Shown piece by piece: positions 29,618 to 37,722 of a stretch of 64,000 bases of DNA; position 1 is the first letter of the stretch; the number at the start of each line of letters is the position of its first letter. The notes under the pieces are model-generated. The model had not been told where the DNA came from. It ran no database searches and was given only the letters and a program-made list of their open reading frames with translations. The translations under genes were made by a program, and so were the position numbers. The DNA lies in IMG/VR virus record IMGVR_UViG_3300045988_119379, positions 87,113 through 151,112 of that record; one strand, 5' to 3'. This stretch comes from a virus.

Positions 29618-30633
29618 CGATTTATCTTTTTAGACGGATCCCAATCTGAAGAGAAAGGGCATTCGTTTTTGTTATGTAATCCAAAGTCACAATAATAACA
29701 CAGTGCCGACGGGCAGGGTAGCTTGTTTTGCGAAACAGGCTGGCTTAGGGTGGCACGCCGCTTGCTATATCTGGCCCCTTCTGCTCCCTGGATGTACGCT
29801 TGAAATGATTTTACACTATTATCTTCAAAATCATACATTTTAGATAAAGTGTCATTTAGCATTTCTATAGATTTTGTTTTACGCTCTTCATCCACCTTAA
29901 CCTTTTGGTACTGTCTGGTCCTGGTAAAGAAATAGATGTTCATATCTGGCAGAACTCCACCATATTTTCTATAGATGTAAAACGAATATATAGGATGCTG
30001 TAAATTCGTTTCCAACTTCTTAGAATCAAAAACCTTATTACCTGATTTCCAATCTATGACATAATGGTGAACTACGTTCTTGCTCTTTATAGCCAGATGA
30101 AGATCCACCGATCCTACTATGTACACATGAGTATGAACGGTCCCATTTATATCAACAGGCTTAGGAAGACGGTACGGCAGCACAAAATCTTCTTCGACTC
30201 CAACTATAGCACCGTGTCTAATAAGTTTCTCGCAGGGATTAAGATCACTATCAGCTATCATAAACTTATTCCCGTCTTTTTTAAACAGATCCACAATCCA
30301 AGCAAGAAGCTCCCCGGATTGCTTCATGGCTATCATCATATTTTCCGGTGATTGCCAAGGTATGTCTTCTTGATAGGAATAGTAACTTATTGCTTCTCCA
30401 AGGTCTTTACCAGAAGGCTGTCTTCCGTTCTTAAAAAAGTATTCCAGTGTCTTATGGATAACCGTACCATAAGACGTAGCTTCTTGTTTTTCCGTAGACC
30501 TTTTGCCCTCTACGTAAGTCTTATACCATTTCATTGGACAGGTAAGAAACGTATCTATCTGGGAATAAGATATGGCAAGACGTTTTACACCATTAAACTC
30601 CTTATATAGCAAATGCGTTTCCGGGACCATCAT
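29614..30633 (-). CDS. Cas4/RecB-family PD-(D/E)XK exonuclease with Fe-S cluster cysteines (339 aa)
   Basis: N-terminal SYSQIDTFLTCPMKWY, core VGSVDL...IDWKSG (D...D/ExK), C-terminal CPCPSALCYYC...C cluster. Confidence 0.55.
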   Translation of the reverse strand: MMVPETHLLYKEFNGVKRLAISYSQIDTFLTCPMKWYKTYVEGKRSTEKQEATSYGTVIHKTLEYFFKNGRQPSGKDLGEAISYYSYQEDIPWQSPENMMIAMKQSGELLAWIVDLFKKDGNKFMIADSDLNPCEKLIRHGAIVGVEEDFVLPYRLPKPVDINGTVHTHVYIVGSVDLHLAIKSKNVVHHYVIDWKSGNKVFDSKKLETNLQHPIYSFYIYRKYGGVLPDMNIYFFTRTRQYQKVKVDEERKTKSIEMLNDTLSKMYDFEDNSVKSFQAYIQGAEGARYSKRRATLSQPVSQNKLPCPSALCYYCDFGLHNKNECPFSSDWDPSKKINR

Positions 30634-30989
30634 AAGTCATTGTCTTTAAATCCTTCCGGGTAATATACGACATACTTCTTACCGTCTTCTGGTGTCATGG
30701 CAAACTGCATGTAGTTATTACGATTACGATGCTTGCCATCTAATCCTCGCTTCCAATACAGAATCCCATCTATATCCACATAAGACCGTCCGCGTTCGGC
30801 TCTAACTACGTCCGTGTGTAGCAGATACCCGTCGGAAGACACAATCCATACTTTATCCCCTTTGTTTAAATAAGATATTCTTTTTCTTACAACAACCTTT
30901 TTCTTATTATCTAATGCAAATTCTTCATCCGTCATATTCTTCATCCTCCTCTTCTTCTGTTTCAAAATCAATTCCATGACACTGATCAT
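30630..30989 (-). CDS. hypothetical protein (119 aa)
   Basis: ORF. Confidence 0.5.
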   Translation of the reverse strand: MISVMELILKQKKRRMKNMTDEEFALDNKKKVVVRKRISYLNKGDKVWIVSSDGYLLHTDVVRAERGRSYVDIDGILYWKRGLDGKHRNRNNYMQFAMTPEDGKKYVVYYPEGFKDNDL

Positions 30990-31103
30990 AATGCTTGGTC
31001 AGTTCTTCTGGTTCTAAATCTTGTCCAAAATCCATGTTAAAAATATTGTAATTAGTAAAGCACTGTCCCTGCCGGCAGGAAATCTATGAATGCTGCTTTT
31101 GCT

Positions 31104-31125
31104 TCTTCAATTAGGCCCAAGTGTA
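31104..31125. terminator. GC-rich hairpin GGCCCAAG-tgtaac-CTTGGGCC just 3' of the flotillin gene; T-run lies on the + side, so orientation is ambiguous
   Basis: perfect 8-bp stem; adjacent 12-bp palindrome CCTGCCGGCAGG at 31068-31079. Confidence 0.35.
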
Positions 31126-31142
31126 ACCTTGGGCCATTGTAT

Positions 31143-32843
31143 TTATTTTTTGTCATCTCCTTTTAACTTCTTTAAAGTATCTGCAATCGGAAGCTGATCA
31201 ATGACTCCCAATGCCGGAGCAACGGCCTTAACAACATTGTTAAGGAAATTACCGGTGCTGTTCTGACCGCCGTCAAATACCGTGATATTTCCGAGATTGA
31301 TGTGCTCGAACGCCTTAACCTGTTCTCCAGCAATTTCTTTCCACTGATTAACCATCTTGTACTGGATGGCGATCTGAGGATTGGATTCTGCTGCTTCCAC
31401 CATAGCCTTAAATCCGTCGGCTTCTGCCATCAACGACTTTTTCTTACCTTCGGCTTCCGCTTCCAGCTTCATCTGAATAGCTTTTGCTTCCGCCTCTGCT
31501 TTTGCCAAATGTGCTGCTGCTTCAGCATCGGCCCGGCGTTTGATCTTCTCAGCTTCAGCATCAGCTTGCAAGATAGCCTCTTCCTTCTGGGTTTCAGCCG
31601 GCACAATCTTTTCAGCTTTAAGCGCAGCTTGAACCTTCTTAGCTTTAGCTTCTTCCACTTCTTTATCAGCAAGCTCTTTTGCCGTTTTCACAGCCGCTTC
31701 CGATTTAACTTTCTCTTCCCCGGCTTTCTTTTCTGATTGAGCTTTGATAACCTGCAATTCTGATTCTGATACAGCAACCTCTTTCTGGGCATTGTTGTAG
31801 CCTACAGAAGCATTTTTCTCAGCTTCAGCTTTCTTAATCTGAGCTTCAGAGTCTTGTATTGCTATAGCTGCTTGTTTGTCAGCTTCAGCTTTATTCTTCC
31901 CAACTTCTTCCATTCTTTCGGCTTCAGCTTTGTTTACTTCAAGTTCCGCCTTAGATCTTGCGATCGCTGATTCCTTGTCAGCCAAAGTCTTTGCTATAGC
32001 CGCAGCCCTATCTCTATCGGCTTGAGCTACACCGATCTGTTTTTCTTTATCGGTTAAAGCCAAAGCTACTTCTTTTTCTTTCTTTGTTTCAGCTACTACC
32101 GTTTCTTTTTCTTTTTCAGTATAGGCAATTTGAATCTCTTGCTCTTTTTGGGTATTAGCTACAGCCGTTTCTTTTTCCTTCTGTTGTACAGCAATCTTAA
32201 TAGCACCCAGCTTTTCCTGTTCTTCGATATTAGCCTGTGCTTCGTTCAGAGCCTTGCTTTCAGCCTCTTTACCAAGATTCATGATGTAGCCGGCTTCATC
32301 TCTGATGTCACTGATGTTAATGTTCAAAAGATAAAGACCCAATTTATTAAGTTCGTTATCAATGTTTTTTCTTGCCTTATCCAAAAACTCATCCCTATCA
32401 GAATTAAGTTTTTCGATTGTCATTTCGGCAATAATCAAACGCATCTGACCGTAAACGATGTCTGTAATAAGATTTTCAGTAGATTCGGTATCCATCCCCA
32501 AAAGTCTTTCTGCTGCATTTTGCATGATTTCAGGATTTGTACTGATAGCTACTGTAATAGTTGTAGGCACATCTACTCTAATATTCTGAGATGACAAAGC
32601 ACCAGTAAGCCTACAATCTATTTGCATAGGCTCCATAGATAAAATATCATAGCTTTGGATAATAGGCAACACGAATGCTGCTCCACCATGATATAATTTC
32701 GCCGATTTCTTTTCCCCACCTGTCTTACCGTAAACGACCAAAACCTGATTAGGCTTGCATCTACGATACCTTGATAAGACTCCGATGATTGTCAAAATAA
32801 TCACTACAGCTAAGATAGCTGACACGTACATGATCGTTGTCAT
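31143..32843 (-). CDS. flotillin-like SPFH/band-7 protein (FloT/YuaG-like, 566 aa): N-terminal membrane hairpin, SPFH domain, long Glu/Ala-rich coiled-coil flotillin repeat region
   Basis: N-terminus MTTIMYVSAILAVVIILTIIGVLSRYRRCKPNQVLVVYG resembles B. subtilis FloT; EA-repeat coiled coil. Confidence 0.75.
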   Translation of the reverse strand: MTTIMYVSAILAVVIILTIIGVLSRYRRCKPNQVLVVYGKTGGEKKSAKLYHGGAAFVLPIIQSYDILSMEPMQIDCRLTGALSSQNIRVDVPTTITVAISTNPEIMQNAAERLLGMDTESTENLITDIVYGQMRLIIAEMTIEKLNSDRDEFLDKARKNIDNELNKLGLYLLNINISDIRDEAGYIMNLGKEAESKALNEAQANIEEQEKLGAIKIAVQQKEKETAVANTQKEQEIQIAYTEKEKETVVAETKKEKEVALALTDKEKQIGVAQADRDRAAAIAKTLADKESAIARSKAELEVNKAEAERMEEVGKNKAEADKQAAIAIQDSEAQIKKAEAEKNASVGYNNAQKEVAVSESELQVIKAQSEKKAGEEKVKSEAAVKTAKELADKEVEEAKAKKVQAALKAEKIVPAETQKEEAILQADAEAEKIKRRADAEAAAHLAKAEAEAKAIQMKLEAEAEGKKKSLMAEADGFKAMVEAAESNPQIAIQYKMVNQWKEIAGEQVKAFEHINLGNITVFDGGQNSTGNFLNNVVKAVAPALGVIDQLPIADTLKKLKGDDKK

Positions 32844-32876
32844 AACTTTTAAAATTTAATTGTTGATATAAAAAAA

Positions 32877-33371
32877 TTAGATACTTAATTCTCCTTCTTC
32901 GTATTTTATGTTCACCTTGTCACCATTTTTGTAATTTTTCCCAGACAAGCACCTTACTCTCATCTGTTCCTGTCTCCCGTTTTTCACAATATTTACCATA
33001 TAATGGTTCTTTCCTGATCTAAATACTATCTCCACCTCTCTGCCATTTAAATCTTCTGGACATTCGTACACCATTTCTTGTTTTAACTTAAGAAGTAACT
33101 TATATACGTAAAACAAAACGATAAAGAAAAACGACCCTATCACAACCCCTACTAAATGAGAACCCGAAAAGTAGGTAGTCCAGCTATATCCAAGGATGAA
33201 ATGTGTTATGCCCTTGAATGATATGATGTCCGACAAAGACATACTTAAATCAGAAGCACTGTCAATGTCAATATCCGTATCCAGATCAGATCCTAATATC
33301 GACAACAAAAACTGTATAACAAAAGCAAATGACGCTATTAAAGCCATGCATAAAATTATATCATTTCCCAT
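32877..33371 (-). CDS. NfeD-like membrane protein (164 aa): about 3 TM helices plus C-terminal OB-fold-like beta domain; canonical partner of SPFH proteins
   Basis: TM segments then GREVEIVF...GKNHYMVNI...MRVRC...GDKVNIKYEEGEL; position immediately upstream of flotillin. Confidence 0.5.
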   Translation of the reverse strand: MGNDIILCMALIASFAFVIQFLLSILGSDLDTDIDIDSASDLSMSLSDIISFKGITHFILGYSWTTYFSGSHLVGVVIGSFFFIVLFYVYKLLLKLKQEMVYECPEDLNGREVEIVFRSGKNHYMVNIVKNGRQEQMRVRCLSGKNYKNGDKVNIKYEEGELSI

Positions 33372-33612
33372 ATCCTTCTGTTATTATTTTGTAAACAAGA
33401 TCAGTCATATCTTTGATGGATTCTGTATCATAATCAATAATAACGATATTGAATTTTTGTTCCACCATCGCATCAAGCTCAATTCGATCAATAGAATCTA
33501 ATCCAAGTTCTTTAAACGACACATCTTCTTCATGAACTATATCCATTTCCGAATTAAGAAACTGAGTAATAATTATATCCTCTATTATCTTTCTAATTCT
33601 TACTTTTTCCAT
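33361..33612 (-). CDS. acyl carrier protein (83 aa) with phosphopantetheine-attachment motif LGLDSIDRIELDAMVE
   Basis: close match to AcpP signature [23 protein letters not shown]; overlaps NfeD start by 11 nt. Confidence 0.7.
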   Translation of the reverse strand: MEKVRIRKIIEDIIITQFLNSEMDIVHEEDVSFKELGLDSIDRIELDAMVEQKFNIVIIDYDTESIKDMTDLVYKIITEGYGK

Positions 33613-34313
33613 TGCTTTCTAATTTTGTTAAATAAATACGTTTTTATGTTTTTCAATCGCTCTTTATCTGTCTCCGAGCTTCCGGTAAACAAATAATCCG
33701 GATTGCCTTTAGCCGGCGGCGTAGGCAATTTAGATACGGCAAACAACCAATCCATTTCCTTATTCTTCTTAGACTCCAAATAAGGCTCGGTAGCGATCTT
33801 AAATTTTTCAGCTATTAAGTCAAAGAGCTTTGAATTTTTAAGGTTCATATGGACTGAAAAAGCCTGAGAAGGCGGTTTCCATATGAAGTTACATAAGCTC
33901 ATTGTATAATCTCCTGACTCTGCTATATAAGATTCCGTTACCTGAAGTATGACCTCTTTCTTGAATGAGGTGTTACCCATAAACCAACACAATCTGGATT
34001 CCGCTTCTTTTCTGCTGACACCTATGTCTTTTGAATACGATTCGTACATTCCTATCATAATCTTCAACGTTTCCTGAACCTCGTCTGTCATCTCCGGTGT
34101 CTCTATATAATTCACAAAAGACGTTCCTTTGTTGGTTAATCTCATCACACCTGATTTTAATTTCTCAACCAGGCCAAGCTCTATATACCTCCCAGCATCT
34201 TCTTTCGGCATGGCTTCGATCATAACCGAATCCTTCTGTCTTATGGCAAGAAGATTAGCAAGATCATTAGGAGTCATGTTTGATGCTGCAAGTTGTCTGA
34301 AATTGATGTACAT
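33600..34313 (-). CDS. hypothetical protein (237 aa), first gene of the ACP-NfeD-flotillin string
   Basis: ORF overlapping ACP start by 13 nt. Confidence 0.5.
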   Translation of the reverse strand: MYINFRQLAASNMTPNDLANLLAIRQKDSVMIEAMPKEDAGRYIELGLVEKLKSGVMRLTNKGTSFVNYIETPEMTDEVQETLKIMIGMYESYSKDIGVSRKEAESRLCWFMGNTSFKKEVILQVTESYIAESGDYTMSLCNFIWKPPSQAFSVHMNLKNSKLFDLIAEKFKIATEPYLESKKNKEMDWLFAVSKLPTPPAKGNPDYLFTGSSETDKERLKNIKTYLFNKIRKQWKK

Positions 34314-34315
34314 GC

Positions 34316-34513
34316 CTAATCAGCTTTAATGAAAATAACATTCTTTTTGTCTTCTCTTTCTGCACAATCGCATGGACCAATAGTCCCATCTCTAAATGAA
34401 CATGACATACAATCTTCAAATATACATCCATCGCATGTATCATTTTCCACGCATTTCAATTTTACAAATCCGGCAGTAAATACTTCTCCTACTTTAAATT
34501 CCTTCTTTTCCAT
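34316..34513 (-). CDS. small Cys-rich protein (65 aa; CVENDTCDGCIFEDCMSCSFRDGTIGPCDC)
   Basis: start moved to internal ATG preceded by AAGGAGGG; 8 Cys. Confidence 0.45.
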   Translation of the reverse strand: MEKKEFKVGEVFTAGFVKLKCVENDTCDGCIFEDCMSCSFRDGTIGPCDCAEREDKKNVIFIKAD

Positions 34514-34529
34514 ATTCCCTCCTTGTTTT

Positions 34530-35132
34530 TTAACTGTTGTACCCTTCTTTAATAATCGAATTTCTACCGGTAGATACCGACTGTCTAAGATCGTCATGTA
34601 CAGAATCTACCGTAGAGTACTTGTTTCTGGTTGTAAAAATCACTTCCAGCATCTCCTTGTAATCACCTAAAGCTACTTCGTATCTCGGATCTACTTTGGC
34701 TTTTCTTTCAGCCTCGGCATTACTTTTAGCCAGCTCCCGGTCGAGGAGGTCTTCTTTGATTCGGTCAGCAATCATATCAAGTTCTTTTTTAATAACTTCT
34801 CCTGCTGCCCGAAGTTGACCTTCTACGTCACCAAGCTGGTCTTGGACGGTTCCTATTTCTTTCTTTAGGCGATCGTATTCGTTAATCATACCCATATCAC
34901 CTGCATAGCCGGAAAAGTCCTTGATTATTCTGGTTCCTTCTTTAAGGAGCTCAATAACTCGTCTTTTACGTTCTCTGCTTATTAAAGACGGAAGACGATA
35001 ATTCATATCCGCCACCGCCTTATCATGTATGGAGTTGATTAAAAACATCTCTCTTTCATCTCCTGCAAACTCAGTAAGAACCAAAAGGAACTTACTTATC
35101 AGGTATTCGTTTTCTTCTACTGTTAGTCTCAT
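34530..35132 (-). CDS. hypothetical coiled-coil protein (200 aa)
   Basis: ORF. Confidence 0.5.
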   Translation of the reverse strand: MRLTVEENEYLISKFLLVLTEFAGDEREMFLINSIHDKAVADMNYRLPSLISRERKRRVIELLKEGTRIIKDFSGYAGDMGMINEYDRLKKEIGTVQDQLGDVEGQLRAAGEVIKKELDMIADRIKEDLLDRELAKSNAEAERKAKVDPRYEVALGDYKEMLEVIFTTRNKYSTVDSVHDDLRQSVSTGRNSIIKEGYNS

Positions 35133-35148
35133 GGTTCTTATTTTTTTT

Positions 35149-36276
35149 TTAATACAATGACTGTTCTTCTTTTGTCTCTTGTTCCTGATTGTCCGTAACG
35201 TCTTCCACAGTATAGAGCTTAGGCGGCGTCGGCGGCTGGTTGGGGTTCACGAACTTCGTCCCGCCCTCCCCGTACATCCATCCATGCCCCGGCAGAATCT
35301 CTGGGTGGATTGTATTAGTAAGCTCTTCCATACTAACTTGCCTTACCTTCAGTATATGATGAAACACCAGTCCGGCTGTCCTGAATGATGTTTTGTTTTC
35401 AGTTTTAAACCTATCAAGAGTCTGATACCAATCTTTCCCAAATATCATATACTTATCCAGCCCGTACCTACGAGGATTGTGCAAACCTATCATTAACGTA
35501 CATAACTGACCCAGCGTATCAGATTGGTAAAAATCAGAAAGACGCGGAGGCTGCTCTTGTGGGCTTTTTATCCTTCCTTCTATCTCTCTGTTGAATTGGG
35601 ATATGATGAGGAAAAATATGTTTTTATATACTAATTTAGCTTCGTTCATAACCGCCACCAAATCATCTATAGCCGACTTAGGATCTAATCCCATTCTTTT
35701 TATCAAAGCAATATGATCGACTTTAAATATTATAAGACGTTTGTCTTTGTGTTTGGTAGCTATATGATACACAGCCGCCTCAAACTCTTTTACCGTACAC
35801 GGAGCATCTATGTATATTATATTATTCCTAATTTCACCTTGAAGGATTTCAAACATCCTCATCTCTTCCACTGTATTATAATCTTGCCTTCTTAATATTT
35901 CAGGAGCTCTTTTTTTCATATCCTGGCTCATTCTGCGAAGAAGAAGATCTTGAGGATTCATTTCGAACTCGCAATTGACAAGAAAATAATCTTCTGCTTG
36001 CGGGTTGATCATCGGATTCATCACATTTTTCAATATCTTTTGGGCCACATACGATTTACCTACAGATGGCCGGGCTCCTATGGCAATAGCGTGCTGAGGA
36101 AAAATACCTCCAAGCAAAGCCTCATCAATATAATCGTATCCGGTTTTAGCGGGGATAAGCTCTCCCCGTCTGTATTTCAGAATATTCTCATACGCCTCTT
36201 CCATAACCTGTTTAGAGGTCTTGAATATCCTTCTTATATCTATCCTATTTGCTATCTCCTCTTGCATTTTTGTCAC
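35149..36276 (-). CDS. DnaB-family replicative helicase-like RecA-fold ATPase (375 aa)
   Basis: Walker A GARPSVGKS; Walker B IIFKVDH; motif ISQFNREIEGR...RLSDFYQSDTLGQL matches DnaB LSQLNR...SDLRESGxIEQ. Confidence 0.65.
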   Translation of the reverse strand: MTKMQEEIANRIDIRRIFKTSKQVMEEAYENILKYRRGELIPAKTGYDYIDEALLGGIFPQHAIAIGARPSVGKSYVAQKILKNVMNPMINPQAEDYFLVNCEFEMNPQDLLLRRMSQDMKKRAPEILRRQDYNTVEEMRMFEILQGEIRNNIIYIDAPCTVKEFEAAVYHIATKHKDKRLIIFKVDHIALIKRMGLDPKSAIDDLVAVMNEAKLVYKNIFFLIISQFNREIEGRIKSPQEQPPRLSDFYQSDTLGQLCTLMIGLHNPRRYGLDKYMIFGKDWYQTLDRFKTENKTSFRTAGLVFHHILKVRQVSMEELTNTIHPEILPGHGWMYGEGGTKFVNPNQPPTPPKLYTVEDVTDNQEQETKEEQSLY

Positions 36277-36568
36277 CTTTCGTATCCGATTTGGATCCCC
36301 TATTAGCTTTTACTGATTTATACCTAAGACCGTTCTTGGTATGAGAACAATCCTTGCCTTTTCTCCAGCCCTTACCCTTCTTCTTGTCCGTTTCGTAGTT
36401 TTTACGACCAAGCTCTCGGCGTTTGGCTTTCTGTTCCGGTCTGGCATTTATCTCCTTGTCCTTTTTAGCCTTTTTCTTCCTGGCTTCGGGATGAGTCCTG
36501 TAGTACTCTGTTGATCTGCCCATGTGCTTATATTTTTTTTTGATTAATAATAGCACAAAGATAGGCAA
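36245..36568 (-). CDS. highly basic Lys/Arg-rich protein (about 92-107 aa; possible nucleic-acid-binding)
   Basis: ORF; KKKAKKDK, KKKGKGWRKGK; A9 tract near its 5' end. Confidence 0.45.
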   Translation of the reverse strand: MPIFVLLLIKKKYKHMGRSTEYYRTHPEARKKKAKKDKEINARPEQKAKRRELGRKNYETDKKKGKGWRKGKDCSHTKNGLRYKSVKANRGSKSDTKGDKNARGDSK

Positions 36569-36576
36569 TTCGCGCC

Positions 36577-37143
36577 CTATTTCAACCTGCCGTAGCTCAT
36601 ATCAGGATCACACCAAACATACCCGTCTTTCTCATCATGAAGATACTCAGGACATCCTCTACATGCGCTACTGCCTGACACTATTTGATTGTTTTTGTTA
36701 GGGCACTTATCTCCAGGCTTATGCCATTCTATTCTCGAACCTGATCGCTCTTTGTTTACATGACAGAACTGAAAGATTTTCCCCATCGTCTTCTCGCCGA
36801 ACATACCTATATGTGTGTACTCTTCCGGTATAGCGAGAAATTCAGATAAATCTTTATACATCCTTTTCCGTTCCTCCGGCGTAGACCATAGTCTGTCAAG
36901 TTCGGTATGGACTCTTATCTTAAGAGACCTCAGTGATGGCCCCGCAAGTCGGCCTTTAGCTTTTCCCTTATTCGGCCCTGATTCATGAACACCGACATAA
37001 GCATTGCATGGTTTACACATCATAACCATCCCTAAGCCTTTTCTGCTATATATTTTATCGGCATTGACCAACTCGGTTTCTCTTCCACAATAAGGACAAA
37101 TTTCGCCTCTTAAAACCCGTTGTTGGCGCTCATTAAGTTCCAT
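36577..37143 (-). CDS. zinc-ribbon protein (188 aa; CPYCG...CKPCN and C-terminal CRGC)
   Basis: ORF; paired CxxC motifs. Confidence 0.5.
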   Translation of the reverse strand: MELNERQQRVLRGEICPYCGRETELVNADKIYSRKGLGMVMMCKPCNAYVGVHESGPNKGKAKGRLAGPSLRSLKIRVHTELDRLWSTPEERKRMYKDLSEFLAIPEEYTHIGMFGEKTMGKIFQFCHVNKERSGSRIEWHKPGDKCPNKNNQIVSGSSACRGCPEYLHDEKDGYVWCDPDMSYGRLK

Positions 37144-37385
37144 ACCCTATTCTTTTGTTTTTCTTTAAACTTTTCATACAAACTGCTCTCAGTTTCCATT
37201 TCCGAAATCTCTACCTCTACGTCCTCTCTTTTGAAAATTACTTTCTTGGCTGTCGGATACGCACATTTAGAGACACGAATAGCATTACGAATAGCGTAAA
37301 CAAAATACGTTTCTGGTGATGATTCGATCACCACTACCTCATTTAAAGTGTTTTTATAATTTTCCATATTATCTACTTGCTTCAA
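37110..37385 (-). CDS. hypothetical protein (91 aa)
   Basis: ORF. Confidence 0.45.
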   Translation of the reverse strand: MKQVDNMENYKNTLNEVVVIESSPETYFVYAIRNAIRVSKCAYPTAKKVIFKREDVEVEISEMETESSLYEKFKEKQKNRVWNLMSANNGF

Positions 37386-37722
37386 TTATATAACCCGGAT
37401 GATCTTCACACGCCTCTTTGTATTCGATAAGAAACTTAAGAAATGAATCATAAGACCCCCATCCGTTTTTCGGCTCGTATCTCAAAAGACTTTTTCTCTT
37501 GGAGATCATAATACATATACCTTTTGTAAGTACATTCTTCATCTCATTGGTATATATTTCTCTATACAATTCTTCTGGTCTCCAAACATAATCGTACAGC
37601 GTTTCTTTATTTTCTGATACGAATATTTTTTGTGCCATCTTGTTCATGTTATGGGTGATGTTTGCAACCCATTCACGATCCTCTTCTTTCTTCTTTCTTT
37701 TAATATAAACGTCCAGGCTCAT
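37369..37722 (-). CDS. hypothetical protein (117 aa)
   Basis: ORF. Confidence 0.5.
   Translation of the reverse strand: MSLDVYIKRKKKEEDREWVANITHNMNKMAQKIFVSENKETLYDYVWRPEELYREIYTNEMKNVLTKGICIMISKRKSLLRYEPKNGWGSYDSFLKFLIEYKEACEDHPGYIIEASR

Noticed and set aside
31302-32594. + strand ORFs embedded in the - strand block (for example 31302-31736 and 32130-32594 opposite flotillin; 41872-42399; 57487-57792; 46818-47129)
   Set aside because: They are antisense shadows of clearly motif-bearing - strand genes and have low-complexity Phe/Leu/Ser-rich translations.
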